Source of the DNA: Epithemia pelagica
Lineage: Eukaryota > Protista > Bacillariophyta
Assembly (NCBI GenBank): GCA_946965045.2
Contig: OX337236.1
Coordinates: 1,240,001-1,304,000 of the forward strand
Direction of reading: 5' to 3'
DNA length: 64,000 nt
The position numbers and the translations under genes were made by a program. The notes beneath the pieces were generated by a model. It saw only the letters and a list, made by a program, of their open reading frames with translations, was not told where the DNA came from and ran no database searches. Shown here piece by piece: positions 9,752-20,901 of this stretch (positions are counted from its first letter, which is position 1; every line of letters starts with the position of its first letter).

Positions 9752-9801
9752 CTTGTAATCGATTGTTGCCTTTACAGCACAGTTGTTAATAGGTTTCAAC
9801 A
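9591..9801 (+). repeat. 3' LTR (211 bp)
   Basis: Identical to the 5' LTR and followed by the TSD CTTGG. Confidence 0.98.
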
Positions 9802-9858
9802 CTTGGGCCGATGCCCGAGACTCAAGATTTGCGCCACAACATGAATCGGTAGTACTGT

Positions 9859-10152
9859 TTACTCTTTCACACTTACGAATATATCACAATGATTGATACA
9901 CCGGAAGAAATTTTTGTTTCTCTGCATGTGGGCAAAGAGTTCATGCAAGTCTTTGAGCGCTTCTTGTTTCGGAATTCTATTCCGTCCGCATAACGTTTTG
10001 TGATGGCATATGGGGAGATGAGTCCTTTGGTCAAGGAGACGTTTTTCAATCGCGAAAACGCAAGAATGCAGGATCGTTGCAATCAATTCAGCATTTTGTG
10101 GGGATAGCTTTGACACTGCTTTAGAATCGACGAGAGTGGATACGGCCTCCAT
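9859..10152 (-). CDS. Possible small exon or ORF, unrecognised
   Basis: ATG-initiated 97-aa ORF with a strong donor-like site (TTC|GTAAGT, about 9876) near its end. No recognisable motif. Confidence 0.25.
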   Translation of the reverse strand: MEAVSTLVDSKAVSKLSPQNAELIATILHSCVFAIEKRLLDQRTHLPICHHKTLCGRNRIPKQEALKDLHELFAHMQRNKNFFRCINHCDIFVSVKE

Positions 10153-10472
10153 TTCACCTCTCTACTAGAGTATCATGAAGAAAACAGAAGTGCACCTACT
10201 AATCAAGAGAATATCTCTGCCTCCCCGTAATCAACCAACAGAACAGAAAATGCTATTAGCAGTGACGCCTATTTCAGATACAGTACACGGTGTGGATTCG
10301 TTGCGGTGTACAACGGAGCAAGGAGTAAACAGACGCAATTGCGTGGGACGTTCCAGTTTCCATCCAGTGAATATTTTGGGATCGGATTTGTCAACTGTTG
10401 TCCTCAAAGCTCTGTGCCATTTCTACCAACCGAACTCTTTGTTCGGGCACCAAAGATAGTGATCCAATCAAT

Positions 10473-12185
10473 CTATGACACGGAGAGGACCGACGGTTCC
10501 GATTGCAGCAAGTGGAGGATGGTTGTCAGCCTCTCTGTCCCCGCAGTCGATTCATCAGTCCCTTCATTAGAAGGAGATGTCGATTTGTCACCCATGAGTC
10601 GTTTCCTGGCCTTTTCTAGCAACTGTTTCTGCTTGGCCGACAAAATGTTGTAGGGATCATTTCGTGCCACAGCCGACATGAGCGGTGCCTCACCAACGAG
10701 TTGATCTGCGAGATCCTCGGCTTCTTGGGCTTCCAGTGATGCAGCCGCGGCAAAGGGAGGCAATCCACTTCCATGATCGGTATAGCGAATCGCATCCGGA
10801 TAGGCCGCAAACAACCGCGAAACACCGGCAGACCAGGTTTTGCCAGAAAAGAGAGCCAACTGTAGTGGCGATCGGCCTTGACGATCTCGAGCATAGGCCG
10901 CTTCCTTGTAAGAGTCGAGTAACAAGCCAATAACAGTGTCCGATCTCTCTCGAGAATACTGCCTTGTCGCAGCTGCTTGTGCGAGAGCCACTCGTCCATC
11001 TTCATCGGCATGTGAAAGTTCCTTGGGGAATTGTTCCACGGCCAAGGGAACAACCTCATCAGGAAGGTAAACATCCATGGCGATCGCCCCTGAAACAAAG
11101 TAGTAGTCTCTCGGTACTGATGGTGTAACATTCTTTAGGTGAAAGAACGAAGCTTCAAGGAGGAAATGAGCCTTTTCCAAAGGTTTGCATTGCTTCTTGC
11201 CACCCTTTCCAATCCTCCTCTCTCGGACAACACGAGCCCATGCAATATACAATGGTGTCATTGTTGCTGTCGTCCGGGTTATAGGCAAGTCTCGGTGTTC
11301 GGCTGGCACACAGGGCACTGTTACCATGGACGGATCGGCTTGAACCAGAAGCTTGAGAGATTCCATGGCGAGACACTTGTCAACTGCATGATACAGTGGG
11401 GACCGACCGTATAAATCTTGCATGCGAACAGCCTTCGGAAACGACTTGAGGAGAAGTTCCACGACTCCTGAAGATGCGGCGTAGTGAGTCGCAAAATGAA
11501 GCGGTGTAGATCCTTCCTTGTCACGCTTGTGTGAGGCTGAGGGGTAAACCTTGAGTAAGGTTTCCACTACTGACTGCGGAGGACTGCCTGAAACAGCCCA
11601 ATGAAGCGGATAGAGACCATCCATATCACGATACTTCGCTCCTCTTCGCGAAGCCTGCTTCAGAACCAATTCCCAACTTTGCATACGCGCCAAGTCGATA
11701 AGAGGGGTCAAAGATGGCTTGGGAACATCGACGAACGATGATACATTCGTAACTGCGACGGTTTCTGCTTCCAGCCCTTCCGAGGACACTTGATCTTCCT
11801 TGAACGTCGCTTGATCCTGTAATACATCTTTGTTGTGCTTCCGGGACTTCTTTTTACGCCAAGGAAGTGGCGGAGGCAGGTGCATCTTGGCCAATTTGGC
11901 CAGACACTCACCTACAACGCAACTGTCCGACGACGACGTTGTGGTTGACAAACATGGATTTCGCTTGGCATTGCAGCGCTTTGCACATTTCAGGAAACGT
12001 GCCATTCGTCCAGCACACAGTCCATGACGCTTTTTCACTTCATACAAACGACAGGTGCTCTTCCAAAGATCAAATTTTCCTCCCAACAGTTTCCCTACAA
12101 CATGCTGATACACGCACAATGAACCAAACCACAAAAGGAATACGGAGGATGTGTCCGTCGATTGTAACACATCCAGAGGCCCCAT
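10473..12185 (-). CDS. Ankyrin repeat protein
   Basis: Repeats YPLHWAVSG...LL, STPLHFATH...LL and RSPLYHAV. Start uncertain (first ATG at 12185). Confidence 0.85.
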   Translation of the reverse strand: MGPLDVLQSTDTSSVFLLWFGSLCVYQHVVGKLLGGKFDLWKSTCRLYEVKKRHGLCAGRMARFLKCAKRCNAKRNPCLSTTTSSSDSCVVGECLAKLAKMHLPPPLPWRKKKSRKHNKDVLQDQATFKEDQVSSEGLEAETVAVTNVSSFVDVPKPSLTPLIDLARMQSWELVLKQASRRGAKYRDMDGLYPLHWAVSGSPPQSVVETLLKVYPSASHKRDKEGSTPLHFATHYAASSGVVELLLKSFPKAVRMQDLYGRSPLYHAVDKCLAMESLKLLVQADPSMVTVPCVPAEHRDLPITRTTATMTPLYIAWARVVRERRIGKGGKKQCKPLEKAHFLLEASFFHLKNVTPSVPRDYYFVSGAIAMDVYLPDEVVPLAVEQFPKELSHADEDGRVALAQAAATRQYSRERSDTVIGLLLDSYKEAAYARDRQGRSPLQLALFSGKTWSAGVSRLFAAYPDAIRYTDHGSGLPPFAAAASLEAQEAEDLADQLVGEAPLMSAVARNDPYNILSAKQKQLLEKARKRLMGDKSTSPSNEGTDESTAGTERLTTILHLLQSEPSVLSVS

Positions 12186-12922
12186 CGTTAATCCTGCCTG
12201 TTGTTGGTTCTGTTGCTGTTGGTCATGAGTGCATCCATCAAAAGTCAACATTGTATCTTTACGATAGATCTATTGTTTCTATCGTGCCAATCGCCAGATT
12301 ATGATTTATGATGCCAACATCTTCACAAACGTTCCCCTCTCTGCGTTGATTTTGTGGGCAAAAGGCAAAAGGCCTTTGACTTTGATCCTTGACTCGCGTA
12401 CAATTCCACGGCATCTCTTGGCTGGTAGAACAGTACAATGTGACACTCAGATGACATATTTGCTATGAGAACAGGACGCAATGAGAAAATCGAGACGTGA
12501 GGAAGTTCCAAGAACCGTCGCTGGGATAAAAATAGCCATACAAACACCAAAGTGATGATCCGAGCGGAGTACAAGTGGAAATTCAACCGAACGCTTGTTG
12601 GTCGCGAGAAAACTTTGACTCTGCCGTAGACTGTAGTACAAAGCGTGCTCATTGCTCATCTGAAACAGCTGAAACCAAAAAATTGCTTGCGCAGTTTTAA
12701 CAAACATCTTGTACTTAAAAAGATATATTGGACTCTACTATACCATATTATGTACCATTTCTTCGGCACGCAATATTTTCGCGACTGCATTTCCCTTTTT
12801 TTAGTTTCGCGTTTTCACACTGCGCGATGCTTCAGGGACCATGAAAGCCGTATCCCGAACGGTTTCCTGGCAGCCATAAGGTTGAAAGAGAACTACCTAC
12901 TCGCGTTATCCCAACCAACATC

Positions 12923-14953
12923 ATGTCCCGAAGTGTCACATTCGCTCCGGAATTTGAAGCAGCGGACGAGGAATACGATGATGACAATTATGGAGGTTAT
13001 CATCATGATCCATCACAACAACAGGCACCAGATGGTGATGCCGCTGACCACAGCTTTCTAGATCAAAAGCTTCCTGCTCGAAAAGATCAATCTACTCCAT
13101 CGTCTCTTCTCAATAATAATTCTTCGTCTTCCATTTTCTGTCCCAATTGTGGAAGTCGAGAAATTGAACAACAGGAGGCTTCCGGTGCATCTGTGTGCAT
13201 GGATTGCGGTGTCGTAGTGGAAGAAAATGCAATTGTGAGTGCAGTCGAGTTTGCCGAAGGCGCAGGTGGATCCACCACCATGATTGGTCAATTCGTCTCG
13301 GCGACATCATCCAAAGCCTTTACAGGTGGGGGCTCTGGATCGATGCGGGGAGGACGATTTGGATTCTCTCGCGATTCTCGAGAAACAACCCTGGCCAATG
13401 GAAGACGACGCATCTTGGAAATTGGGAGTCGATTGCGATTGGGGGGACATTTTGTGGATGCCGCACATCGACTTTTCACGATTGCTGTTGAAAAGAATTT
13501 CATTCAAGGGCGACGAACTACGCACGTAGTAGCAGCTTGTTTGTATATTGTGTGCCGACAGGAAAAGAGTCAACACATGCTGATTGACTTTTCAGATGCT
13601 CTTCAAGTCAATGTATATACCCTGGGAACATGTTTTCTTAAGTTCCGGAGACTGTTGGGTCTCAAGTTGGAGCTGATCGACCCGGCGCTGTACGTCTACC
13701 GTTTCGCGGCTCATTTGGAGTTGGATGAATTAGCAAATACCGTGTCGTTGACGGCTCTTCGATTGGTGGCTCGCATGAAGCGTGATTGGATTGTAGCGGG
13801 GCGCCGTCCAGCAGGCATTTGCGCAGCGGCGCTCTTGATCGCCTCTCGAGCACATGGCTTCTCCAAGCATCATCAAGATGTCACACGAATTCTCCGTGTT
13901 TGTGGAATGACGGTTACCAACCGGGTACGAGAATTCGAACTGACGCCAGCCGCCAGTCTCACATTGGGTCAGTTCCATGATATAGATTTGGAGGGAGAAG
14001 CTGATCCTCCTGCCTACTCGAGGAATAGAATAATGGAGGCGCGTGTCAAGGCCATCCAGGATGGAAACACTTCACTGTTGATGTCGGGGGCACTGGATGA
14101 TCCACGAGAGGGTATGCAAAAGGCTACCTTGTATCGGTCAACGCCTGGGAAAATGTCACAGCGCAAGGAAAAATTTAACGAACTCTACTCGACACTCGAA
14201 AAAGAGCTCATTGGAGGACAAGAACAAGACGTCACCGGAACAAACTCAGATACATCTGGTGTCGAACGACCAGAAGACAATGTAAATGAGAAAGGTGGAG
14301 GCGGGGAACTATCGGTGAGGACATCAGAAGCACCAGCGAGTGATCAGCCTGTTGAGCTTGTGGCAGGCAATGTGAAAACACTTTCAAAGGAGCTCCACAG
14401 AGCGCATCCCAAAGACGCGAAAGGAAAGTTGATGATTCTATCTGACCAAGCCACAAAAGAAGAATTACAAAGTCCCGTCGCCCCGGTCGAGACTCGATTT
14501 AGTCTGTCGGAGTGGAAGGCTGAAATGCCTGAATCCATGGAAAGCGAAATGGAAGACCTCTTTCGTTCCGATGAAGAAGAACAGCAAAAGGAGGCAATCT
14601 TTAACAAAATCAATAAAGAGTACCTTGAACAACAACAAAGGAAAGAAAGCTTGAAACAAAGCGAGGAGGCCGAGACGGAAGCTGATGGTGATGAGGATGG
14701 CCGTCCACGTCGACCGGGTCGACCGCGCAAACGAAAACAAGGAGATGGGGAAGACAATGGTGCCGATGCCATGGAAGGGACTTCGACTGAGTCACAACTT
14801 CGGGCTGCCATGGCCAACCGGAAAGTGTCCCGAAAGATCAACTATGATGCGCTGTCCAGTATATTTGATGAAGACGGGAGTCTTGGAAACATGACTACAG
14901 AAGATCGTGGAAATACTGCGGATGGTGGAGATGATGCCTTGTTTGATTTCTAG
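12923..14953 (+). CDS. BRF1: TFIIIB subunit Brf1
   Basis: Zn ribbon CPNCGS...CMDCGVVVEEN, cyclin folds (IQGRRTTHVVAACLYIVCRQ, GRRPAGICAAALLIA) and C-terminal KVSRKINYDAL. Confidence 0.96.
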   Translation: MSRSVTFAPEFEAADEEYDDDNYGGYHHDPSQQQAPDGDAADHSFLDQKLPARKDQSTPSSLLNNNSSSSIFCPNCGSREIEQQEASGASVCMDCGVVVEENAIVSAVEFAEGAGGSTTMIGQFVSATSSKAFTGGGSGSMRGGRFGFSRDSRETTLANGRRRILEIGSRLRLGGHFVDAAHRLFTIAVEKNFIQGRRTTHVVAACLYIVCRQEKSQHMLIDFSDALQVNVYTLGTCFLKFRRLLGLKLELIDPALYVYRFAAHLELDELANTVSLTALRLVARMKRDWIVAGRRPAGICAAALLIASRAHGFSKHHQDVTRILRVCGMTVTNRVREFELTPAASLTLGQFHDIDLEGEADPPAYSRNRIMEARVKAIQDGNTSLLMSGALDDPREGMQKATLYRSTPGKMSQRKEKFNELYSTLEKELIGGQEQDVTGTNSDTSGVERPEDNVNEKGGGGELSVRTSEAPASDQPVELVAGNVKTLSKELHRAHPKDAKGKLMILSDQATKEELQSPVAPVETRFSLSEWKAEMPESMESEMEDLFRSDEEEQQKEAIFNKINKEYLEQQQRKESLKQSEEAETEADGDEDGRPRRPGRPRKRKQGDGEDNGADAMEGTSTESQLRAAMANRKVSRKINYDALSSIFDEDGSLGNMTTEDRGNTADGGDDALFDF

Positions 14954-15431
14954 TTTCGACTCTTGTTGAAAGCGTGGCTCTACGTACCAACGATGGAGAC
15001 TTGCTCGATATGGGAGAAAGCCACTGGTGTGCCCCTTCATAAGACTCGTGCTGAATGGTAGATGTTACAAAGACATTCCACAACGACATTCGTGAAGCAA
15101 CTATACTGCTGTCGGTACTTTCCTCAGTGATCCATGGAATCTCAGCGGAAGAGTTTGATTCGTACACTATTTGTCAAGGACGTGCGAATCGATCCGGTTC
15201 TTCTGAAGTAGATGATCTCCTCATTATCCTCGAGTTATTCGATCTCTCCCTCTCGATCTCTCATCAAGAACCGAATTAAGCAAAGTTACTTTCCTTTCCG
15301 CCGGACGGCACAAAGTTCAAGACACATGAACTTAGACTCAGTGCTGATTCGAAAGAGATAGCTACTCCTAATAGATATGGGCTATGGTTGTTTCTGTCGT
15401 CTGACCACCAACCGTCTTTTTTCCACCGATC

Positions 15432-17354
15432 ATGACCATCCACATTCCCCACAGTCCAAGTACACCTCACACCACGATGGTTTCGACGAGCCAGTTTGAC
15501 GACGCAGAAGAAGACAATGTGGCTTCGATACCCGTTGTATTGGCAGAACATGGAGAGTCGTCCTTCCTAAACAAGGATTCGTTACTTGCTGCCACTGATC
15601 AGTTTGATGACGAGGATTATGGGGATGACAACGAAGACGATGATGATTACTACGACTATGATGAAGAGGACATGATAGTTCTCGGTTCCGCGTCATCTGT
15701 CTTGGGTGGTGGGGGTTCCTCGGTGAACAACACGAATAATATCAATTTTTCAGCCAAGAACGTCAACCTTTCTCACGCCGTGGCAAACTCTGTGACGAAA
15801 ATGGAACATTTGGAAATCCACAAACGTACCCTGACACAAGGCCGAGACGATCGAGCGACCTCGGAACAGGTTTTGGATCCAAGAACGCGTCTTATTCTCT
15901 TCAAAATGCTGAGTCGAGGATTTCTCCAAAAGATTGACGGTTGTTTATCGACTGGAAAAGAAGCCAATGTCTATTATGCTCGTGCAGGGGCACAGGCTCA
16001 AACAAACGACAGTGACATCAATTCACCGGAGGGATCATCCAAGGGCGTGGACGAATTTGCCATCAAGATCTACAAAACCAGCATCCTTGTCTTCAAAGAT
16101 CGTGACAAGTATGTTTCAGGGGAGCATCGATGGCGACGAGGGTACTGCAAATCAAACCCAAGGAAAATGGTCAAGGTTTGGGCCGAAAAGGAGATGCGGA
16201 ACTATCGGAGAATCTATCAAGCTGGAATTCCGTGTCCACAACCAATCCTTTTGAAGTCTCATGTTCTCTTGATGGAATTCTTGGGAAAGGAAGGTTGGCC
16301 GTCGCCTCGACTTAAGGATGCAACCTTATCTGATAAGCGACTTCGCGAAGCTTACGTTCAATGCATTCTTATCATGAGACATATGTATCAAAAGTGTCGA
16401 TTGGTTCATGGGGATTTGTCGGAGTACAATTTACTCTGGCATGAGAACCAGGTCTTCGTGATCGATGTAAGCCAATCCGTAGAAACGGATCACCCCTCCG
16501 CATTACACTTTTTACGGAAAGATGCACAAAATGTCAATGATTACTTCCGGAAAGTTGCTCGACTCAATGTCATGACAGTGCGGCAGCTGTTTGAGTTTGT
16601 GACAAAGCCCCTTGAGGAAATTCAGCAAGCAGCTGGAACAGAGTCAACTAGAGACCAACAACCTGACAACACGCCGGAGATGGAGTGGTTGGATCAAATT
16701 ATGGCCCATGTGGACGAGGAAGCGAGTGCCCTTGCTTCCCAAACAGAAGAAGAGAGGCGGAAGGCCGAACAACAAGAATCTGTGGACGAAGCAGTTTTCA
16801 TGAGTAGTTTCCTTCCTCGGAGTCTGAATCAAGTGGCCGATCACGAGATTCAGAAGTTGGAAGAAGGTGAAGTCGAAGAAACCTTTGCCAAGGCTGTCGC
16901 TTCAATGACTGGCCGCCCAGAGGTGGTCGAAGCAGTCGAAAAACGACTTGGCCGCAGCTTGACGAGTGGAACTGTCATGGCACAGACAGCCACCAGATCA
17001 AGTGAACCCAACAATCACTCTACGGGTGCTGCCTCCATCGTTCCTTCAGAAGGTGGGACACGACGAAATTTGGACCACCACGAAGCAGAATTGACTGATG
17101 GTAGCGTTGACGGGGAGTCATCGTCCGGGCACAGCGAAAGTGACACCGACAGTGCAGATGATGATCAATCTTATGTCAAGACCAAGAAGACGAAAGAAGA
17201 ACTCGAAGCGGAGAAGGAGGCTCTAAAGGCGGAACGGAAAGCAAATAAGAAGGCTGTAAAGGAGGCCAACAGTGAACGCAGGCAGACAAAAATAAAGAAG
17301 AAAGACAAGAAACGTGCAATCAAGAAGAGCAAGGTAGCAGCGCGCAAAAAGTAA
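15432..17354 (+). CDS. RIO1: RIO1 atypical serine/threonine kinase
   Basis: STGKEANVYYA, AIKIYKTSILVFKDRDKYVSGE, NPRKMVKVWAEKE, LVHGDLSEYNLL, IDVSQSVE and a Lys-rich tail. Start is at 15432 or 15477. Confidence 0.96.
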   Translation: MTIHIPHSPSTPHTTMVSTSQFDDAEEDNVASIPVVLAEHGESSFLNKDSLLAATDQFDDEDYGDDNEDDDDYYDYDEEDMIVLGSASSVLGGGGSSVNNTNNINFSAKNVNLSHAVANSVTKMEHLEIHKRTLTQGRDDRATSEQVLDPRTRLILFKMLSRGFLQKIDGCLSTGKEANVYYARAGAQAQTNDSDINSPEGSSKGVDEFAIKIYKTSILVFKDRDKYVSGEHRWRRGYCKSNPRKMVKVWAEKEMRNYRRIYQAGIPCPQPILLKSHVLLMEFLGKEGWPSPRLKDATLSDKRLREAYVQCILIMRHMYQKCRLVHGDLSEYNLLWHENQVFVIDVSQSVETDHPSALHFLRKDAQNVNDYFRKVARLNVMTVRQLFEFVTKPLEEIQQAAGTESTRDQQPDNTPEMEWLDQIMAHVDEEASALASQTEEERRKAEQQESVDEAVFMSSFLPRSLNQVADHEIQKLEEGEVEETFAKAVASMTGRPEVVEAVEKRLGRSLTSGTVMAQTATRSSEPNNHSTGAASIVPSEGGTRRNLDHHEAELTDGSVDGESSSGHSESDTDSADDDQSYVKTKKTKEELEAEKEALKAERKANKKAVKEANSERRQTKIKKKDKKRAIKKSKVAARKK

Positions 17355-18382
17355 AACAAACCATCGTGCTAAAGATTCTCCCGATATTTGTCGAAGAGAA
17401 GAACGAATACGTCTTATTTTGTCACGGGAGACAGGTTACAAGGTTGTGGTTTGACGTAGTCAACCCTATACGCTGGATGAATGATATGACCAGCTTGGAC
17501 ACTCAAATTACGGACATACAGCCTTGATCGTTATCATACGATTATAATGAATTGATACAGTGGTTCTTCACCCTTCAATGATATGATCGCCATACCATCA
17601 AATGGAGAAATTTTTACTATTAGAAACTTATGTTGAATGTACCCGGCTCGGCACCAGAGCAGGATGGGTGGGACACTGTGTATGCCATGTGGATGTCGGG
17701 GACAACCATTCATATCATTGCCTGGCTTCAATTCTTAGACAGTGTGGGGATCAATCATAGGTTGCCTCTTACCTTAGTTAGCATTTTCATTTTGTCTTTG
17801 CTGGGGTAGTCTCTCCGGGAGTTGAATTTTGGCTTCAGTGTATGAAAGAGAACTCTCTTGCCCATGTTCTCTTTCTGACAGTCTCCTTCGCATCCTGCTC
17901 GGTGTATCTGGACTTCCCAGCGCTACGATGTGCATACGTCTTTTATGAGTCCCAACACATAAACGACTTGGTTCATGGGGAGTACGCTGCAGCTTTCACT
18001 GCAGTTCTACAAGGTCGTTGTACAACCTAGAATGAGTCTATTATATACGGGTTCCCTTCATCACTACAACCTAGCTTGAGTTATTCGCTGTTGTCGAACT
18101 CGCGGCAACACATTGGCCATGGTCGCTCACGTACGAGAACCGGGCCCGAACACCAGAACCCAAACCACAGGTTTTGTGATGACAGGGTGACGTTGTGGAT
18201 AAGAACGCTGACGAAAGTTGGGAATTTCCTGCGCCGTGTGTGTGTGTCGTGTGTCTCTCGTTGAAGACGAGCAAAAAATTTAGGTAGGCATTAGGCAGCC
18301 CCATAAAATACAGAATCCAATAAACACGATTTGGGCGTTGCGTTGCGAGAAGCTGCCAAGTGTGCTGTTATAGATTATAACC

Positions 18383-20476
18383 ATGGTGCTGTCCTATGTT
18401 CCCTCACCTGAATCAATTGCAAAGACCGTAAGAGGCGATGATCGGCCCAGGTGAGGAAAATGCTGCGGTTTGATGACATGAACAATTTTTTTCGTCTGTT
18501 GAGTCCTGACATAATTTGCTTCGCACTTCGCTTCCCCCAGGCCCCTGCTTTCTTCCCTGACATTCTGGTACGCTTCGATGCTCGTCCTAGCGTTGTTAGC
18601 TGGTTCGATGGATTGGAAGATGCAAAGACATCTTCAATCAATGTCGAGATCAGTACAGTCTGCTCTGAGGCTAGCGACAGTTGACCTGATGGAAAACCTT
18701 GAAGCGTATCGTCTCGAGCGTGATGTCCTCAAGGAGAAACGAGGAGCCGGAACATTTGAAGAAGAAGCGGAGAGATTGGAGGCGAAAGCGGCAATTGAGG
18801 AAGTATATGCAGAAAGGGATAGGGACGATAGCTACCATATGGCAGAAATGGCAAATCTTGAGCAGCAAAAAGCTGAGAGCATGCTCGACAAATCTCATTA
18901 TACTGAAGAACTACGACAAAAAGTTCTGGCCAACATTACGCAGACTCAGGAAGATGAAGAAGAAACACTTGAACAAATAAGAAAGATCCATGAAGGTGCT
19001 TGTAGCTGGAAAGGGCTCAGCACGATTTGTGACACTGTTGGTGGAATCACCGGTCTGCAACAAAAGGCAGATAAAGAAGCCTTGTTGATTCAATCCGAAT
19101 GGCGAGAAGCTGCGGCGTTAGATCGACAGGAAAAGCTCCAATCAATGATTGCAGAAATGCTGGTGGGAAAAGCTGAGAAATTCAATGAAACGGCCAGCGA
19201 CTTATTGCGTGTCGCTGATTTGTGGGAAGCGCATGCCGATCGTCAATGGGAGATGGCGTTGGCAATGAATGAAACATCGCAGGAAATGGAAGAGGATGCA
19301 AGCGAGAAAGAACATGAGGTTTCGGAGATGATTTCTGACATTAACGAGCTTCAGATCGAAGCTCACAAATATCTTCGAGCCGCTCAGATGGACCATGTTG
19401 CTGCGTATTGGTATGCAATCGCGGCGATTGTGACCGGATTCTCGGCTCTTTTCTTTTTTGTCATCACGGCTGCGTCACGAGCGCTGGTCTTCTTTGAACA
19501 GGCAAGCTATATTGACCCAGCTCGCAACGAGGACACGGCCACTTGGTACAATGCAACCTACTGTGTTTTGCATGGGTTTGTGTTCTTGGTGACAGTTGGC
19601 ATGACTGGTGACTACTTTTTTCACATGAGTCAATACCCTGTTGGACAACGTGCAATCATTTTGGTTTGGTTCAGTTTTCTTGCCTCGGTTTTTCATACAT
19701 TCCTTCTGCAAGCCGTTCCGCGGTTTTTGGTTGAATGTAGGGCGCAGGTACCGAGTATCACAGACTTCGTGTTCCATCTGATTTGCAAGTTTCTGGTTTT
19801 CTTTTTTGTGTTCATGATCGAAGTCCTGCTAGTTTGGCTGAGTCTAGGTCGAACTCTTTTCTCACCGCCGATAGTCAATGCAGTCAGCGCAATTCTCTTT
19901 TGTTTGATGGTGGTTGTGTTGGCACTTGTTCATGCGGTTTACTTTGACAAGCAAACACAGCAACCAGGAAATGAAAGCGTAACAGTATGGCGCTGTGACG
20001 ATCAATCCACAATTCTTTCGAACGCAGGAGCATCTTACCAAACGTCCTTTGCAACCTCTGAGTGCACCCCACTGAGAAAGGAAGAAATTCTGTCTCATGG
20101 AACCGTGATTGACCTGCATGGGGAGGATTTGACTCGGTCGTCGTTGAGCTCAGAGAGCCGCACTTCGTGGCGAGAGTATTTTGTGGCGCTTCGAAAAGAG
20201 CTTTACCAGATCGTGTTGCCATTTGAAATACTTGTGGTAGCCTGTATGGTTACAGTTCTACGCAGTTGCCTGATGACTGTTTGGAATTCACAGGCAACGG
20301 TCTTTCAATGTGCCGTTCTGGTTTGTGCTTCAGTGTTGGTGCTTATGGGAGCCATCCTTGTAAACGATTTGACTTGTTGTGACGAATGTCAAGACAGTCG
20401 CACTGTCCGTCGACGAGAGAAAATAACAAAGGTGCTTGGCAAGCGGCCTGATGCTCTGGAGCTGGTCGAAGTATGA
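18383..20476 (+). CDS. Multi-pass membrane protein with long coiled-coil region, 2 exons, unknown function
   Basis: A GT-AG intron at 18451-18540 links ATG 18383 in frame to the 632-aa ORF. The protein has an N-terminal hydrophobic segment, about 230 aa of Glu/Ala-rich helix, then several TM segments. Confidence 0.75.
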
Positions 20477-20608
20477 GGGTAAAGAGAGATTCTGAATATA
20501 TTCATCGGAAAACACAAGAAAGAACGGTTGATTACTGGTGTGTATTCGTACTGCACATATGTTTTTGTTTAAATAGTGATCTATTATCATGCTGTATCCG
20601 ATGAATCG

Positions 20609-20901
20609 TTCCCATGTTCTTTCAGAGAATGTTTTGCCATTGTTGGGTGTTGGTACTTCTTCCTTCTCAGCTTGAAAGGTTTCGATGCGCCTTGCTCGCA
20701 TGCAAGAAATGGCTTGTCCTTTGGTGTCCAGTATCGATCCAACATATGTTTTTGTTGGAGTTGTGATATCTTTCCCATGTTCTTCCAGAGAATGCTTCAC
20801 CATTCATGGTACTTCCTCCTTCTCAGCTTGAAACGTTTCGATGCGCCTTGCTCGTTTTCAAGTACTTTCGGATTGTCCGTTGGTGTCCAGTATCGATCCA
20901 A
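20609..20901. repeat. Imperfect tandem duplication, two units spaced about 160 bp, covering the aminotransferase 3' end
   Basis: Shared blocks TTCCCATGTTCT, GGTACTTC-TCCTTCTCAGCTTGAAA-GTTTCGATGCGCCTTGCTCG and TGGTGTCCAGTATCGATCCAA at about 20609-20742 and 20772-20901, with 7-bp and 3-bp indels. Confidence 0.9.

Larger units (their letters stand above)
3719..9801 (+). mobile_element. Full-length Ty1/copia LTR retrotransposon (diatom CoDi-like), 6083 bp
   Basis: Identical 211-bp LTRs bounded by TGTTGAA...TTCAACA. 5-bp TSD CTTGG at 3714-3718 and 9802-9806. Domain order is protease-integrase-RT-RNase H. Confidence 0.98.

Noticed and set aside
17534-18304. Short ORFs and a TACAACCTAG 10-mer repeated 48 bp apart between RIO1 and the membrane-protein gene
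   Set aside because: Too short and unsupported to call a gene, RNA or element.
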